A DNA stretch of 64,000 bases from Alphaproteobacteria bacterium (GTDB lineage Bacteria > Pseudomonadota > Alphaproteobacteria > GCA-2731375). Within the stretch, counting starts at the first letter, position 1. Each line of letters opens with the position of its first letter. Positions 63,520 to 64,000 of this stretch are shown in pieces. Under the pieces are notes generated by a model that worked only from the letters and a program-made list of their open reading frames with translations, was not told where the DNA came from and searched no databases. Made by a program: the position numbers and the translations under genes. Where the stretch lies: positions 4,512,001 through 4,576,000 of the forward strand of contig CBDDPY010000002.1 of the NCBI GenBank assembly GCA_965232515.1. The letters are read 5' to 3'.

Positions 63520-64000
63520 CTAGTCGAAGATCTCGTCCGGCAAGATGCCGAAGATCTGCTGGCGCGCCAGCCAGCCCTCGCGGTCGGCGATTTCCAATTG
63601 GCACCATTTTTCCTGGCAGGCCAGCAGCCGGCCGACCACGCCCTGCTCGGCCCGCAGCACCGGCGCGGCGCTGTTCTCGGGCGCGCGGCGCAGCGTGGCC
63701 AGGTCGTCGGTGATGACGGCCGCGCGGCGATTCGACAGCAGGTTCTTGTGCACCCAGCCCTCGGCGCCGTCGAGGTCGCGCACCTTGCGCCAGTATTCGA
63801 ACTCGGCCGTCACCATCACCGGCAGGCCCTTGCGCACGAACACCCAGGTCACGGGATAGTTCTTGCCGGGCCCGGCGCGCAGATTGACTTCCTTCGCCGC
63901 CAGGCTGACGAAGCGCGGGATCGGCAGGCCGCTCGATCCTTTCTGGGCGTACGCGACGGGCGTGGCGCCGAGGAACGCCAGGGACAAAACTGCGGCAAGA
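63520..64000 (-). CDS. Bacterial SH3 domain-containing exported protein; 5' end beyond the window
   Basis: SGLPIPRFVSL, VNLRAGPG..YPV.W, WRKVRD.DGAEGW; frame open to the window edge. Confidence 0.9.
   Translation of the reverse strand, partial: LAAVLSLAFLGATPVAYAQKGSSGLPIPRFVSLAAKEVNLRAGPGKNYPVTWVFVRKGLPVMVTAEFEYWRKVRDLDGAEGWVHKNLLSNRRAAVITDDLATLRRAPENSAAPVLRAEQGVVGRLLACQEKWCQLEIADREGWLARQQIFGILPDEIFD

Overview
GC-rich alphaproteobacterial chromosome segment, with gene content resembling Rhodospirillales-grade lineages. The backbone is a familiar conserved gene order: maeB(-), mutS, glnD, murJ, trpS ... usp, nfuA ... tsaB, rimI, mucR, fur, plsC, miaB, phoH, ybeY, corC, lnt, XRE regulator, metK, trmB, rimP, nusA, ylxR, infB, rbfA, truB, rpsO, pnp, then fabI/fabB/fabA(-), irr and an SH3 protein. 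Accessory blocks are inserted into it. (1) A lipoprotein plus a ChvI/ChvG-like two-component pair and an SDR. (2) A ~9.6 kb minus-strand signalling island: two duplicated PAS hybrid kinases, two stand-alone receivers and two paralogous, fully degenerate GGDEF-EAL-like proteins. (3) A class II aldolase, an orphan HerA-type ATPase, DUF2333, a class III adenylate cyclase, a Bax-like glucosaminidase and a polysaccharide deacetylase. (4) A PgpH-like 7TM-HD protein between phoH and ybeY with a substituted first metal-ligand His. (5) A rubrerythrin / Fe-S oxidoreductase / DUF3501 operon preceded by an Irr ICE box. I saw no tRNA, rRNA, CRISPR, IS or prophage. The best novelty candidates are the PgpH-like 7TM-HD protein and the degenerate GGDEF-EAL signalling island. 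All family calls come from motif recognition by eye; no database search was run.
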